From the NCBI RefSeq assembly GCF_006345805.1, contig NC_043008.1, positions 45,508,001 through 45,572,000 on the forward strand: DNA of 64,000 nt, written 5' to 3'. This DNA comes from Octopus sinensis. Lineage: Eukaryota. Positions within the stretch are counted from its first letter, which is position 1. Every line of letters starts with the position of its first letter. The notes under the pieces are model-generated. The model made no database searches. It was not told where the DNA came from and saw only the letters and a list, made by a program, of their open reading frames with translations. Both the position numbers and the translations under genes were made by a program. Positions 25,790 to 39,143 of this stretch are shown here, piece by piece.

Positions 25790-27800
25790 CTCCAGTATTT
25801 GTCTGAGTGTTGGGTCTTTTGGGTGTTTGGATAAGATGCGGATGTCAAGTTAACCCAAGTTGCCTCCATGGTGGTCTTTGGCATGTTGGTAGAGTATGGA
25901 GGACTGTTTTTTGTCGTCATATTGTTTCAGATGTACATTTAATCGTTCCGCAATGCTTCTAGATGTCTCTCCTATGTACGTAATGTTCATGTCTTTACAA
26001 GCACCTTCTATGCATTTTATGCTGTAAACTACATTTCGAGTTCTACAGTTAATGCCAGGGATAATCCTACATAATATGCAGTTATCATTGGTGTATATGG
26101 TATTCTCAAGGGATGCGTCCTATATAGATGTGATCTGACGGAGTTCCCTGGCTTTCTAACAAGCTTAATGTTGAGTTTGATCTCCTTCAGGGCTTTCCTA
26201 ACTCTACGGGCAAGTTCTCCATTGGCTGCGACCTCCACAAACATCACTCCTTGATATTTGTCGATTTTATAACACCTGTTCACCCTGTTTGCTTTGTCAC
26301 CAGCTCTTCGTATTCTAGCGTAGGTACCACTGGTTTAATTGCCCCTGTTATCTAACTTCTATCTACCACCCCTGTATACTCGAACTCTATCTTTCTGATC
26401 ATATCCAGTAATTGCATGCGTTGCATGAAGTATGTACATGTTTCTTCGTATCATAGGGTTTGCATAGCGTGGACACGTTGTTCATTATCCTAAGTCTGCT
26501 ATCAGTATGTTAATTATCATGTTGTGTGACAAAGCTGAGTTCTTGTGAACAACATATTTTGAAGTTATGTAATAGGAGTGGAAGAGCTGCACTCTATTGT
26601 CCAGAGTCTCTAACCAAAGTTCAATATCAAAGAGAGGTAGTCTTTTGTTGGGGTGCCTAGAGGGGTAATCTATTGTTACCTTGATACTTTGGTGGATGGA
26701 GTTAGCTAGTTTCAGGATGCTCTCCATTACGTTCTTCTCAGTTTTTTAATTACCGTCACTAGAGTTGGTCCTAACTATGATATTGATGTCATCTACATAT
26801 CTATTGCAGAGTACAAGAGTTGTGACCCACCAGGCCATGAATATGCCGGCCACATCTCCAGCTACACTGACACCAATGGCTGCACCATGAACGTGCATGT
26901 ATAGCTTTTTGTTAAACTTTACTGTGTAGTTCTTCAAGGTGGTTTCTACACTGGCCTCTATTGCATGTGCAATCATTTCTTTCACCTGACAGTTGTTCTC
27001 AGGGTTTTGAGTGGATGCAGTCCAGCCACTCCAGCGCTCTGTGGTGCTTTTCTTCACTGTTGAAGTGATGGTGGGTGATCTTCCCTTCTGTAACTTGGTG
27101 GGGCAGAATCTACTAAGGTCATGGTCATCTAAATAGTTACTGTCATAGAATAGTCGGAGGAGGAGGCCCAGTTCCCTGGTGTTGACCTTACGGAATTCCA
27201 CTTCACTCTCACAGATTGCTTGAATGCGTTTCTCCACAGCCAAATCTATGTCTATAGATGAGTAGAGTGAAATTATATCCATACTACCCTCTATACAACC
27301 TGTGAGGTCGTTGGTGTGGTTTCAAGTACTGATTTTACTGAGGAGATCTTCCGTACTCACACAGACATCCGGAGACATCTCTATGAGAGGGCGCAATACA
27401 TGTGAGAGGAAGTAGGACAGTCTATAGTTGCTGGAGATATTCGTCCCGCAAACTGATCTGGTTGGGGGGAGGGCGACAGGGTTTATGTAAGCTGTCCATT
27501 GACAGTCTGTACGACTTGACCGTAGGCAGGCACACTAATTCTCTGTTCCTAATCCACTGTTTTAGTTTTTGTAGGCCTTTGTCAACAGATGGACTGAGTT
27601 GGTGGGTCCCTTCCTCACTATGTTTTTTAGAGGATTTGTTGTATCGGTCTAAAATATGTCGGAGTCTATTTCTAGCTAAGGAGATCTTTGCTTCTGTTTC
27701 AGTGTCAATTTGGGGTGGAATACATAACGTTTTGTTAACGGGTAAATCTGTGGGGTAGATTCTCATCATGTCATAAAATTTGTTGTTAGGGTTATAGAAG
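25790..27800 (-). mobile_element. Degenerate Penelope-like element (RT + GIY-YIG), distinct family
   Basis: MDIISLYSSID, GAAIGVSVAGDVAGIFM, RYVDDI, SIKVTIDYPS..LPLFDI. Near 25940-26030 the - strand encodes VYSIKC...YIGETSRSIAERL. Confidence 0.85.
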
Positions 27801-27965
27801 ACAGAGTGTAGAGTGTCATTAACGTTGTTGTTGTTATAGTTGCTGGTATTTTTATTGCTGTTGCTGGTGGTGGTAGTTCTTGGTTTGTGCCTATTGTTGT
27901 AGGTGGTGTTGTTGGTAGTGAGGTGGTTGATCTGGTTGTTGTCGTTGTTGTTGTATATATATATA

Positions 27966-29319
27966 TAAAATTTCAAATCGCCTATACAAACAAATTGAAA
28001 GCAGTGAAAATAAAACTGTTGAAAATTGAAAAATGTCTGCAACTCTCCCATGAAAAGGAAAGAGCAGACAAAGAAGCCTGGGCTATAGACAACATAAAAT
28101 CTAACCCCAGAGCTTTCTACAGGTATGCGAAAGAAACAGCTACGGTGAACTGTAGGATAGGGCCACTCCTTGAAAAGGATGGTACACTCATAGGAAAACC
28201 AATGAGGGTAAGTGAAATACTGAATGAGCAATTCAAGAGTGTTTTCACCCCAACCCTTGGGCATTTTCAAATCACCAATCCAATTGACTTCTTTACCACT
28301 ACTGTTCATAATGGCCCTCTCAGACATGCCCTCAGCCACGCAGAGAGCCACGATCACAAGTTATGCAGATGATACAAAAGTTTCACAGGCAATACAGAAC
28401 CCTGAGGACACTAAACGCCTGCAATGTGAGCTGGACAAAATATACAAGTGGGCTGAAAAGAATAGCATGCAGTTCAATGCTGAAAAGTTTCAAGCTTTAT
28501 ACTATCAGCATGCAAAACTGAATGCAATACCCAATGAATACACTGAACCCGGAGGAATTGCAATCCCAGTGGCACAATCAGTGCGTGACCTGGGTATTTA
28601 CTTGAGTGATGACGCAACCGTTCGTGTACATGTTGCTAAATTGGCAATGAAATGTAGGCGACTGGCCGGGTGGATTCTCAGAACCTTTAGAACAAAAGAA
28701 CAAGAAACCATGATGGTCCTCTGGAGGACACTTGTCCTAAGCCACTTTGACTATTGCTCTCAGCTATGGTCACCATCCAGTGTCAAGTTGATCACAGAAC
28801 CTGAGGCGATCCAACGTAGCTACACGAAGAAGATAGCCTCTGTGCAGAATATAAGCTACTGGGAAAGACTCAAGAGATTAAAACTCTATTCCTTGGAGCG
28901 TAGGCGAGAAAGATATGCCATAATATACATCTGGAAGATCCTGGAGGGACTTGTCCCAAACTTTGGCATCGAGAGTTACACAAATGCCAGAACTGGGCGC
29001 CACTGCGTGGTGCCTAGGACTCCAAATTTGCCATCAAGATGTAGGACAAGATACTGTGATAGCCTGGGCTTCCGAGGCCCACAGCTCTTCAATATCCTCC
29101 CGAAGAAACTAAGAGACATGCATGGGGTGGATGCAGAAGTTTTAAAATGAAACTGGATCTCTTCTTGTCAGGTATCCCAGATGAACCAACTTCACGACAG
29201 GAGGTGCAGATGAGGGCAGCTGCATCGAACTCTCTCATGCACCAAATGGCAGTTGCTAAAAAGCGGTGCCCCAGCATGGCCCCAGCTCATAAGCTGAAAC
29301 TAGAATCAATCAATCAATC
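27966..29319 (+). mobile_element. LINE family A with internal deletions
   Basis: RT C-terminal ORF 28224-29150 (YADD). About 683 bp is missing at 28295-28300 relative to the 29340 copy. Tail is gaatcaatcaatca. Confidence 0.92.
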
Positions 29320-29339
29320 ATATGTATATATATATACAG

Positions 29340-31803
29340 ATGTAGGCAAGTTTAAAGACAGCCTTATAAAAATAGAAGAAGTTCTAGTCACACTAGAACA
29401 GCACATAAGTGTACTTCTCATGGGAGACTTCAACCTGCCCAATGTCAGATGACCCGAGGGCCTTTCTCTCCCAGGAATGACACGATGTGAACGGGGACAG
29501 GCGAGGTCCCTCCTGAACCTCATCAACACCCTGTACATGGAGCAAGTAATACTCCAACCAACCAGGGCAGGTAACATACTGGATCTCTGCTTCACAAATA
29601 ATATGGATCTCATCCATAATGTGAAACTGACACCGACACTACTCTCGGATCACAACATGGTAGAGCTGACTATGTACGGGCCAAAGGAAAGCATGGACAT
29701 GCAGCCTACAAGAAACCTTCAGAATCTTTCCAGCTTGAACTTCCATAAGGCAAACTGGAAACAAATTGAGAAAGAGATCCTCAAACAAAACTGGCCTGAA
29801 TGTCTCTCCTCGCCGGACATCGACATGATGCTTCAACAATTCATGTCTGTAATGCAAGCCATATGCTTGTGTCCCAGAGAGAAAGGCCACTGTACACAAG
29901 AACAAAATCCCCAGAGAGAGGAAAATTTTAATGAGACGGCGTTCAAAAATTTCAAATCGCCTAAACAAACAAATTGAAAGCAGTGAAAAGTCCCGCCTGT
30001 AAATAAAACTGTTGGAAATTGAAAAATGTCTTCAACTCTCCCATGAAAATGAAAGAGCAGACAAAGAAGCCTGGGCTAGAGACAACATAAAATCTAACCC
30101 CAGAGCTTTCTACAGGTATGCCAAAGAAACAGCTACGGTGCACTGTAGGATAGGGCCACTCCTCGAAAAGGATGGCACACTCACAGGAAAACCAATGAGG
30201 GTAAGTGAAATACAGAATGAGCAATTCAAGAGCGTTTTCAATCCACCCCTTGGGCATTTCCAAATCAGCAATCCAACTGACTTCTTTACCACTGCAGATA
30301 TAAAATCAGAGGCGGTGACGATAAATTACATCGATATAAAGGAAGTCGATGTAATAAACGCTATAGATGAAATGAAAACAGACTCAGCTATTGGCCCCTA
30401 TGGATTCCCGTCAATCCTCCTAAAAGTATGTAAGAGAGTCCTAGCAAGACCACTGCAGTTCCTCTTTCAGAGCTTCCTTGCAGCTGGCAAACTTCCAAGA
30501 ATACTTAAGGAAGGTAAAATATGCCCTATTCATAAAGGAGGTAGCAGAGCGGAGGCCAAGAACTACAGATCTATCTATCTCACCTCACACATCAGCAAGG
30601 TCATGGAACGAATAGTCAGAAGGAAACTAATCACCTTCCTTGAAGAAAATGACTTGCTGCCTGACACCCAACATGGTTTCCGACCAGGAAGAAGCTGCTT
30701 AACTCAGCTACTACAACACTATGACTGGGTGCTGAAACAACTGCTCAACCACTCAAATGTGGAAGTCATATATCTCGACTTTGCAAAGGCCTTTGATAAA
30801 GTCGATCATGGAATGATATGTCACAAACTGCGTCATCTTGGCATAGTTGGAAAACTTGGAGAATGGCTTCATGACTTTCTGAAGAATAGAAGTCAGGTGG
30901 TAGCAGCCAATGGGGCCACTTCCATTAACCCGCAAATATTGAGCGGTGTTCCGCAGGGCACTGTTTTGGGACCACTACTGTTCATAATGGCCCTCTCAGA
31001 CATGCCCTCAGCCACGCAGAGAGCCACGATCACAAGTTATGCAGATGATACAAAAGTTTCACAGGCAATACAGAACCCTGAAGACACTAAGCACTGCAAT
31101 GTGAGCTGGACGAATATACAAGTGGGCTGAAAAGATAGCATGCAGTTCAATGCTGAAAAGTTTCAAGCTTTATTACTATCGCATGCAAAACTGAATGCAA
31201 ATACCCAATGATTACACTGGACCCGAAGGGATTGCAATCCCAGAGGCACAGTCAGTGCGTGTGACTGGGTATTCACATGAGTGATGACGCGACCTTTCAT
31301 GTAAATGTTGCTAAACTGACAATGAAATGTAGACGGCTGGCTGTTGGATTCTTAGAACCTTTAGAACAAGAGAACAAGAAACCATGATGGTCCTCTGGAA
31401 GACACTTGTCCTAAGCCACTTTGACTATTGCTCTCAGCTATGGTCACCATCCAGTGTCAAGTTGATCACAGAACTTGAGGCGGTCCAACGAAGCTACACG
31501 AAGAAGATAGCCTCTGTGCAGCATATGAGCTACTGGGAAAGACTCAAGAGATTAAAACTCTATTCCCTGGAGCGTAGGCGAGAGAGTTGTCGTAATATAT
31601 ATCTGGAAGATCCTGGAAGTCTTGTCCCAGACTTGGCATCCGAGAGTCACAAAATGCAGCCAGAACCGGACGCCACTGCGTAGTACCAAGGACTCCAAAT
31701 TTGCCATCAAGATGTAGGACAAGATATTGTGATAGCCTGGGCTTCAGAGGCCCACAGATTCAATATGCTCCCGAAGAACCTGAGGGACCTACATGGTGTA
31801 GAT
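29340..31803 (+). mobile_element. LINE family A (partial APE + RT), lacking both ends, frameshifted
   Basis: [21 protein letters not shown] 30012-31130 with YLDFAKAFDKVDH, GVPQGTVLGP and YADD. It ends abruptly into (TA)n. Confidence 0.93.
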
Positions 31804-31919
31804 ATATATTATATATATATATAGATATATATTGATATATATATATATATATATATAGATATATATAGATATATAGATATATATATATATAGTTATATAT
31901 ATATATAGATATATATTTA

Positions 31920-32810
31920 GTGAAGGGAAGAAATGGAGCTGAACGAAGGCACCGTCAAATTAACGGGATTCTGCAAAATTCTTTCAGATGTCCCCATTGA
32001 CGCCGGCACACATTTCTTGCATACAATTGAAACCTAAGAGAATTAACCCCTTCAAATCCTAAGAGAGGAAAAAAATTTTTAAAAAACATTTTTGGGAAAA
32101 TTTTGAAAAGATATTTAAATTAATTTTGCAAACTGACCATAGACGGACACACAGACACGACCAACAAAACAGCAGTTCTCTTTCCCTCTACCCGCTGCTT
32201 GACAGACTCCCACACTTACACAGGCGTGCACACACATACATGTAGGCAGGGTCCCACACCTATATAAGATATCCTTAATTCTTAAAACAATCTGAACATT
32301 AATTACACAGAATATATTCACACCATTTGGTTTTCAGTATTTCTCCCACTACCAGGATTGACCGCTGTCTGAACCCGATTGATTCCAAAGGACATTTTCG
32401 TCGGCCTCCATCACCACCTCCCAGACGTCAACGTACAGTGAGAGGACAGTTTGTGCTTTCATGGGCTCCCTAAGGAGCGCTTTGTTCCACCATGCTGCGC
32501 ATTTGTTTTGGATTTTAATTCCTGGATTTTCCTGAGAGAATCTGAAAATGGTCTCCTTATTCAATCCGCATTTGGAAATTTGCGGCCTTTGAAACATGTG
32601 TAGAAGATAATAAAAGGAATTAGGTAGGAATCTTCGTTCAGCTCCATTTCTTCCTTCAAAAATAATTGAACTTCAATTATCCGCGCTAAGGCACGGTGAG
32701 ACACCCCAAGGTCGTAACTTCAACGTGTCTTTTCTGTGTGATTTTTGCTCCGGGATCGGTTAAATTTTGAATAATCCTTAACAAGATAATTCATTTATCC
32801 ATTTCAATAA
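31920..32810 (+). mobile_element. Penelope-type 3' end/pLTR related to 15840-16708, with a short inverted repeat (31920-31948 vs 32632-32660) and a decayed hammerhead at ~32526-32606
   Basis: Shares gaagaaatggagctgaacg / cgttcagctccatttcttc and caattatccgc..gcacggt. Hammerhead remnant ttttc-CTGAGAGA...GAAACATGTGTA-gaa. Confidence 0.6.
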
Positions 32811-32901
32811 ATATATAGATATATAGATATATTATATAGATATATAAATAGATATATATATAGATATATATAGATATATATATTATATATATGTATATAC
32901 T

Positions 32902-32935
<34 letters not shown>

Positions 32936-33585
32936 AATATATAAATGATATATATATAAATATATAGATATTATATAGATATATATAATATATATATATA
33001 GATAGATATATATATATATATATAGGGAGATATATATATATGGTATAATATATATAGATATATATATACATATATATAGATATATATATTACATATATAG
33101 ATATATAGATATATACATATATATATATATATATTATATATATAGATATATATATATATACATATAGATATATATATATACATATATATAGATATTATAT
33201 ATATATATATACATATATACATATATATTATATATAGATATATATATATATATATATAGAATATATATATATAATATATATATAGATATATATATACATA
33301 TATATAGATATATATATATATACATATATATAGATATATATATATATCCATATATATAGCTATATATATACATATATATAGATATATATATAATTATCTA
33401 TATATATACATATATATAGAAATAGATATATATACACATATATAGATATATTTATATACAATATATATATAGATATATAATACTATATATGGGTATATAT
33501 ATATAAGATATATACAAATATATATAATCTATATAATATTATATATATATATAGATATAATAGGATATATACATTTATAATAGAC

Positions 33586-33643
<58 letters not shown>

Positions 33644-33704
33644 TATATATATAGATATATAGATATTTATATAGATATATCGATATATAGATATATATAT
33701 ATAG

Positions 33705-33773
<69 letters not shown>

Positions 33774-33830
33774 CTTTATTTTAAGCAGCAGAAAATTCAA
33801 CAAAATCTGTTATCTGAGTTCTCGTTGCCG

Positions 33831-33876
<46 letters not shown>

Positions 33877-33889
33877 TATATACATACAT

Positions 33890-35690
33890 ACTTGACTTTG
33901 AGACTCAGTCTCAACGTATGGTCACCACTATTCACCCTACGTGATACCCCCTCACCACTATCCACACCGCCCTTGCCAGAGCACGGTCCGTGGACCGTGT
34001 ATCTGCTCTCTCTCCCCGAACCCGCCCTGTAGTCTCCCGCCTCCCTTTTCCCCTCATTACCACCCCACGACCCTACGTCTCCAACGCCACCATTCGTCGA
34101 AGCTTTCCGTCATCTCCAGTCCGACCGTCCACTTCACACCTCTTCCCTAACCGACCCCTCCCCTCTTTCAAACGAGCCCACAACCTTCGAGACTTTTGGT
34201 CCATAGCTCCTTCCCTGACCCTACCTCCCAACCCGGCTCGTTCCCCTGCTCCCGCCCACGTTGCCGCACTTGCCCTTACCTCTCCAACACCACCCGCCTC
34301 ACTAGCACCACCATCGACCCTATCCCATCATCCACTCCTTCACCTGCACCTCCAGCAATATTATCTATTGCATCTCTTGCTCTCTCTGCAATTCCTTGTA
34401 CATCGGACAAACGGGACGCCGCTTGGCTGACCGGTTCGCAGAACACCTTCGTGACATCCACCTTGCGAACGACACACCGGTCTCACGCCATTTCCGCTCC
34501 ACCGGTCACTCCTTGCAACACCTATCTGTGTTCGGTTTGTCCTTACACAGAGGCCATCCGGATTCCCGTTTGCGCCGTGAACAGGAATTAATCTTCTCTC
34601 TTCGCTCTTATACGCCATTTGGTCTCACAACTCTCCCCCCCTCCTCCTCTAACCCCCCTCTCCCCCCCTCCTCACCTATCCTTTCTCCCCCCGACCCCTA
34701 CTTTCTTCAGTCCCTTCACCTTTCACCCCTACTCCCCTTCCCTTCTTCCCTCTTTCTCCCTCCCTCTTCCCCTTCCCTCTGCTCCCTCACTCCCTCTTCC
34801 CCTTCCTCTCTTCTCCCCCTTCCCCTCTTTCCTCCTTCATCCCCCTCCTCAACTTCCTTCTCCCCCATCGTCTCCTCTTCCCCTTCTCCTCCCCCTCTTC
34901 TTCCCCTCCCCCCATTCTCTCCCCCCTCTTCTCCCCCTCCCCCTCTTCTCCTCACTTCCCTCTTCCCCCCCTCCCCCTCTTCTCCTCACTGACACCACAT
35001 GACTTTACACATCACATCACATATGATGTGCCATACTAATACACACACCAACTAATACATACGAATACGTACTAATACATACTAGTACATACTAATACTT
35101 ACACCAACCCTATACATACACACGTCCAGACCCCGCATACGCACTTATACTCCTCTCACACACACACACACACACCTATACATACCAATACGTACTAATA
35201 CATACTAATACATACTAATACATACACCAACCCCATACATACGCACGTCCAGACCAATCTTACGCACTAATACTCTCTCATACACACACACACACACACA
35301 CACCACACACACCCGATACATACTAATAAATTACACCAACCCTATACATACACAATCCAGACCCCTCCCACGCACTTTTAGCTGGTCACTCAACCCTTTT
35401 ATCAACCCTATTATCTCCCCTTATTTCGCTCTCGCGTCTCGTGTTTGATCTTTGACCTCTGGCCGAAATCAGATCGCCATGTTGATTCGTTAGCTACTGC
35501 ACGCATTTTTTTTTTCTCTCCTTCTTTCTGTGTTTTTCTCTCTCTGTGTATCTTTCTGTTGAAGAGCGTAGGCTCGAAACGTTAAAGACTTGTTTTATTT
35601 ATATTTCCTGAGCGCCATACTAATACAATTGTTCGTTTGTCTTCCACCTGCCTTCGTCTTTTGTTTATTTTCATAAAGCTTCCCGTTACA
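33890..35690 (+). mobile_element. 5'-truncated Penelope-like element (GIY-YIG end, C/T-rich tract, pLTR)
   Basis: CSRPRCRTCPY and YIGQTGRRLADRFAEHLRDI...REQELIFSL. Near-identical to 48920-50410. Confidence 0.9.
35551..35588 (+). ncRNA. Minimal hammerhead-like ribozyme (core CUGUUGA, A6U variant) in the PLE pLTR
   Basis: tcttt-CTGTTGA-a-gagc gtag gctc-GAAAC-GTT-aaaga. Stem I tcttt/aaaga, stem II gagc/gctc, palindromic stem III AACGTT. A damaged copy lies at about 50255-50288. Confidence 0.65.
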
Positions 35691-35719
35691 TATATATATA
35701 TACATAGATATATATATAC

Positions 35720-35766
<47 letters not shown>

Positions 35767-35822
35767 TAATATATATGTATACATATATATATTACATATA
35801 TATATATATATATATTACATAT

Positions 35823-35876
<54 letters not shown>

Positions 35877-35921
35877 TATGTATATATACATATATATATA
35901 TATACACATATATATCTATAC

Positions 35922-35966
<45 letters not shown>

Positions 35967-35974
35967 ACATATAT

Positions 35975-38900
35975 GATTTTGATTTGATTTTGATTTTCCA
36001 GTTTCAGCTAATGAGCTGTGGCCATGCTGGGGCACCGCCATTTGGTTTGCTACACGGTTTTACCTCACGGAAGCTTTTTAGCAAACGCCATCTGATGCAT
36101 GAGAGAGTTCGATGCAGCTGCCCTCATCTGCGCCTCCTGCCGTGAAGTTGGTTCATCCGGGACACCTGACAGGAAGAGATCCACTCCTACTTTAAAGACA
36201 TCCGCATCTACACCATGCAGGTCCCTCAGGTTCTTCGGGAGGATATTGAAGAGCCGTGGGCCTCTGAAGCCCAGGCTATCACAATATCTTGTCCTACATC
36301 TTGATGGCAAATTTGGAGTCCTTGGTACTACGCAGTGGTGTCCGGTTCTGGCATTTGTGTGACTCTCGATGCCAAAGTCTGGGATAAGACCTTCCAGGAT
36401 CTTCCAGATATATATTACGGCATATCTTTCTCGCCTACGCTCCAGGGAATAGAGTTTTAATCTCTTGTGTCTCTCCCAGTAGCTCATATGCTTCGTGTAG
36501 CTTCGTTGGATCGCCTCAAGTTCTGTGATCAACTTGACACTGGATGGTGACCATAGCTGAGAGCAATAGTCTAAGTGGCTTAGGACAAGTGTCTTCCAGA
36601 GGACCATCATGGTTTCTTGTTCTCTTGTTCTAAAGGTTCTAAGAATCCAGCCAGCCAGCCGTCTACATTTTATTGTCAGTTTAGCAACATGTACATGAAA
36701 GGTCGCGTCATCACTAATGTGAATACCCAGGTCACGCACTGATTGTGCCTCTGGGATTGCAATCCCTCCGGGTCCAGTGTATTCATTGGGTATTGCATTC
36801 AGTTTTGCATGCTGATAGTATAAAGCTTGAAACTTTTCAGCATTGAACTGCATGCTATTCTTTTCAGCCCACTTGTATATTCGTCAGCTCACATTGCAGG
36901 TGCTTAGTGTCTTCAGGGTTCTGTATTGCCTGTGAAACTTTTGTATCATCTGCATAACTTGTGATCGTGGCTCTCTGCGTGGCTGAGGGCATGTCTGAGA
37001 GGGCCATTATGAACAGTAGTGGTCCCAAAACAGTGCCCTGCGGAACACCGCTCACTATTTGCGTGCTAATGGAAATGGCCCCATTGGCTGCTACCACCTG
37101 ACTTCTATTCTTCAGAAAGTCATGAAGCCATTCTCCTAGATTTCCAACTATGCCAAGATTACGCAGTTTGTGACATATCATTCCATGATCGACTTTATCG
37201 AAGGCCTTTGCGAAGTCGAGATATATGACTTCCACATTAGAGTGGTTGAGCAGTTGTTTCAGCACCCAGTCATAATGCTGCAGGAGCTGAGTTAAGCAGC
37301 TTCTTCCTGGTCGGAAACCATGTTGGGTGTCAGGCAGCAAGTCATTTTCTTCAAGGAAGGTGATTAGTTTCCTTCTGATTATTCGTTCCATGACCTTGCT
37401 GATGTGTGAGGTGAGAGAGATAGGTCTGGTCTGTAGTTCTTGGCCTCCGCTCTGCTACCTCCTTTATGAATAGGGCATATTTTACCTTCCTTCAGTTTCT
37501 TGGAAGTTTGCCAGCTGCAAGGAAGCTCTGAAAGAGGAACTGCAGTGGTCTTGCTAGGACTCTCTTACATACTTTTAGGAGGATTGCCGGGAATCCATAG
37601 GGGCCAATAGCTGAGTCTGTTTTCATTTCATCTATAGCCTTTATTACATCGTCTTCCTTTATATCGATGTAATTTATCGTCGCCGCCTCTGATTCTATAT
37701 CTGCAGTGGTAAAGAAGTCAGTTGGATTGCTGATTTGGAAATGCCCAAGGGGTGGATTGAAAACACTCTTGAATTGTTCATTCAGTATTACACTTACCCT
37801 CATTGGTTTTCCTGTGTGTGTGCCATCCTTTTCGAGGAGTGGCCCTATCCTACAGTGCACCGTAGCTGTTTCTTTGGCATACCGTAGAAAGCTCTGGGGG
37901 TAGTTTTTATGTTGTCTATAGCCCAGGCTTCTTTGTCTGCTCTTTCCTTTTCATGGGAGTTGCAGACAATTTTCAATTTCCAACAGTTTTATTTTCAGGC
38001 GGGACATTTCACTGCTTTCAATTTGTTTGTTTAGGCGATTTGAAATTTTTGTACGCCGTCTCATTAAAATTTTCCTCTCTCTGGGGATTTTGTTCTTGTG
38101 TACAGTGGCCTTTCTCTCTGGGACACAAGCATATGGCTTGCATTACAGACATGAATTGTTGAAGCATCATGTCGATGTCCGGTGAGGAGAGACATTCAGG
38201 CCAGTTTTGCTTGAGGATCTCTTTCTCAATTTGTTTCCAGTTTGCCTTATTGAAGTTCAAGCTGGAAAGTTTCTGAGGGTTTCTTGTAGGCCTCATGTCC
38301 TTGCTCTCTTTTGGCCCGTACATGGTCAGCTCTACCATGTTGTGATCCGAGAGTAGTGTCGGTGTTACTTTCACATTATGGATGAGATCCATATTATTTG
38401 TGAAGCAGAGATCCAGTGTGTTACCTGCCCTGGTTGGTTGGAGTATTACTTGCTCCATGTACAGGGTGTTGATGAGGTTCAGGAGGGACCTCGCCTGTCC
38501 TCGTTCACATCTTGTCATTCCCGGGAGAGAAAGGCCCTCGGGCCATCTGACATTGGGTAGATTGAAGTCTCCCATGAGAAGTACACTCATGTGTTGTTCT
38601 AATGTGATTAGAACTTCTATTTTTAAAAGGCAGTCCTCGAACTTGCCCATATGGCTTAGGGCATCTGGAGGGCGATATGTAGCACATACAACTACATCAA
38701 GTTGCCGTATGTGTACAATTAGTGTGTCACACACCGAGTTTGAGTATGACAAAAGGACCTGGGGTGTGAGGTCCTCACGGATGTACATAGCAACTCCTCC
38801 ATGACTCCTTTCTTTTCTGTCGGTCCGTAGTACAACACACTGTGGTATGTGTAATTCCGCATCCGCTATGTCCGGTTTCAGGTGCGTCTCCGTGAGTGCT

Positions 38901-39027
38901 ATGCATAAGGCATGATTGCATGCGACAAAGTCTCTCAGGAACGGGACTTTTGTCCTGTTACTGTGTGTTAGTAGTCCTCTGATGTTCAGTAGGAGCATCG
39001 AGGTGAGGTGTATGCTGTTGCCGGTGG

Positions 39028-39028
<1 letters not shown>
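35975..39028 (-). mobile_element. Longest LINE family A copy: whole APE-RT coding region (~3.05 kb), frameshifted, (TA)n on both sides
   Basis: APE ORF 38018-38998 (LLNIRGL, LTETHL, YRPP, GDFN, SDHN). RT ORFs at 37492-37860, 36864-37391 and 36065-36853. Tail is (AAATC)n. Confidence 0.95.
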
Positions 39029-39113
<85 letters not shown>

Positions 39114-39143
39114 ATATATATATATACATATATATATATAGAT

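Noticed and set aside
27422-28357. 311-aa ORF on the - strand
   Set aside because: Chimera of LINE antisense, an (AAC)n tract and the PLE N-terminal region; not an independent gene.
31080-31800. Dense frameshifts in LINE copies taken as evidence of old age
   Set aside because: Many are single-base indels in homopolymers, consistent with long-read consensus error, so age cannot be inferred from them.
33799-33833. Half-hammerhead on the - strand (cg-gcaa-cg, gaactcagata)
   Set aside because: Truncated by (TA)n before the core, and GAAA is damaged.
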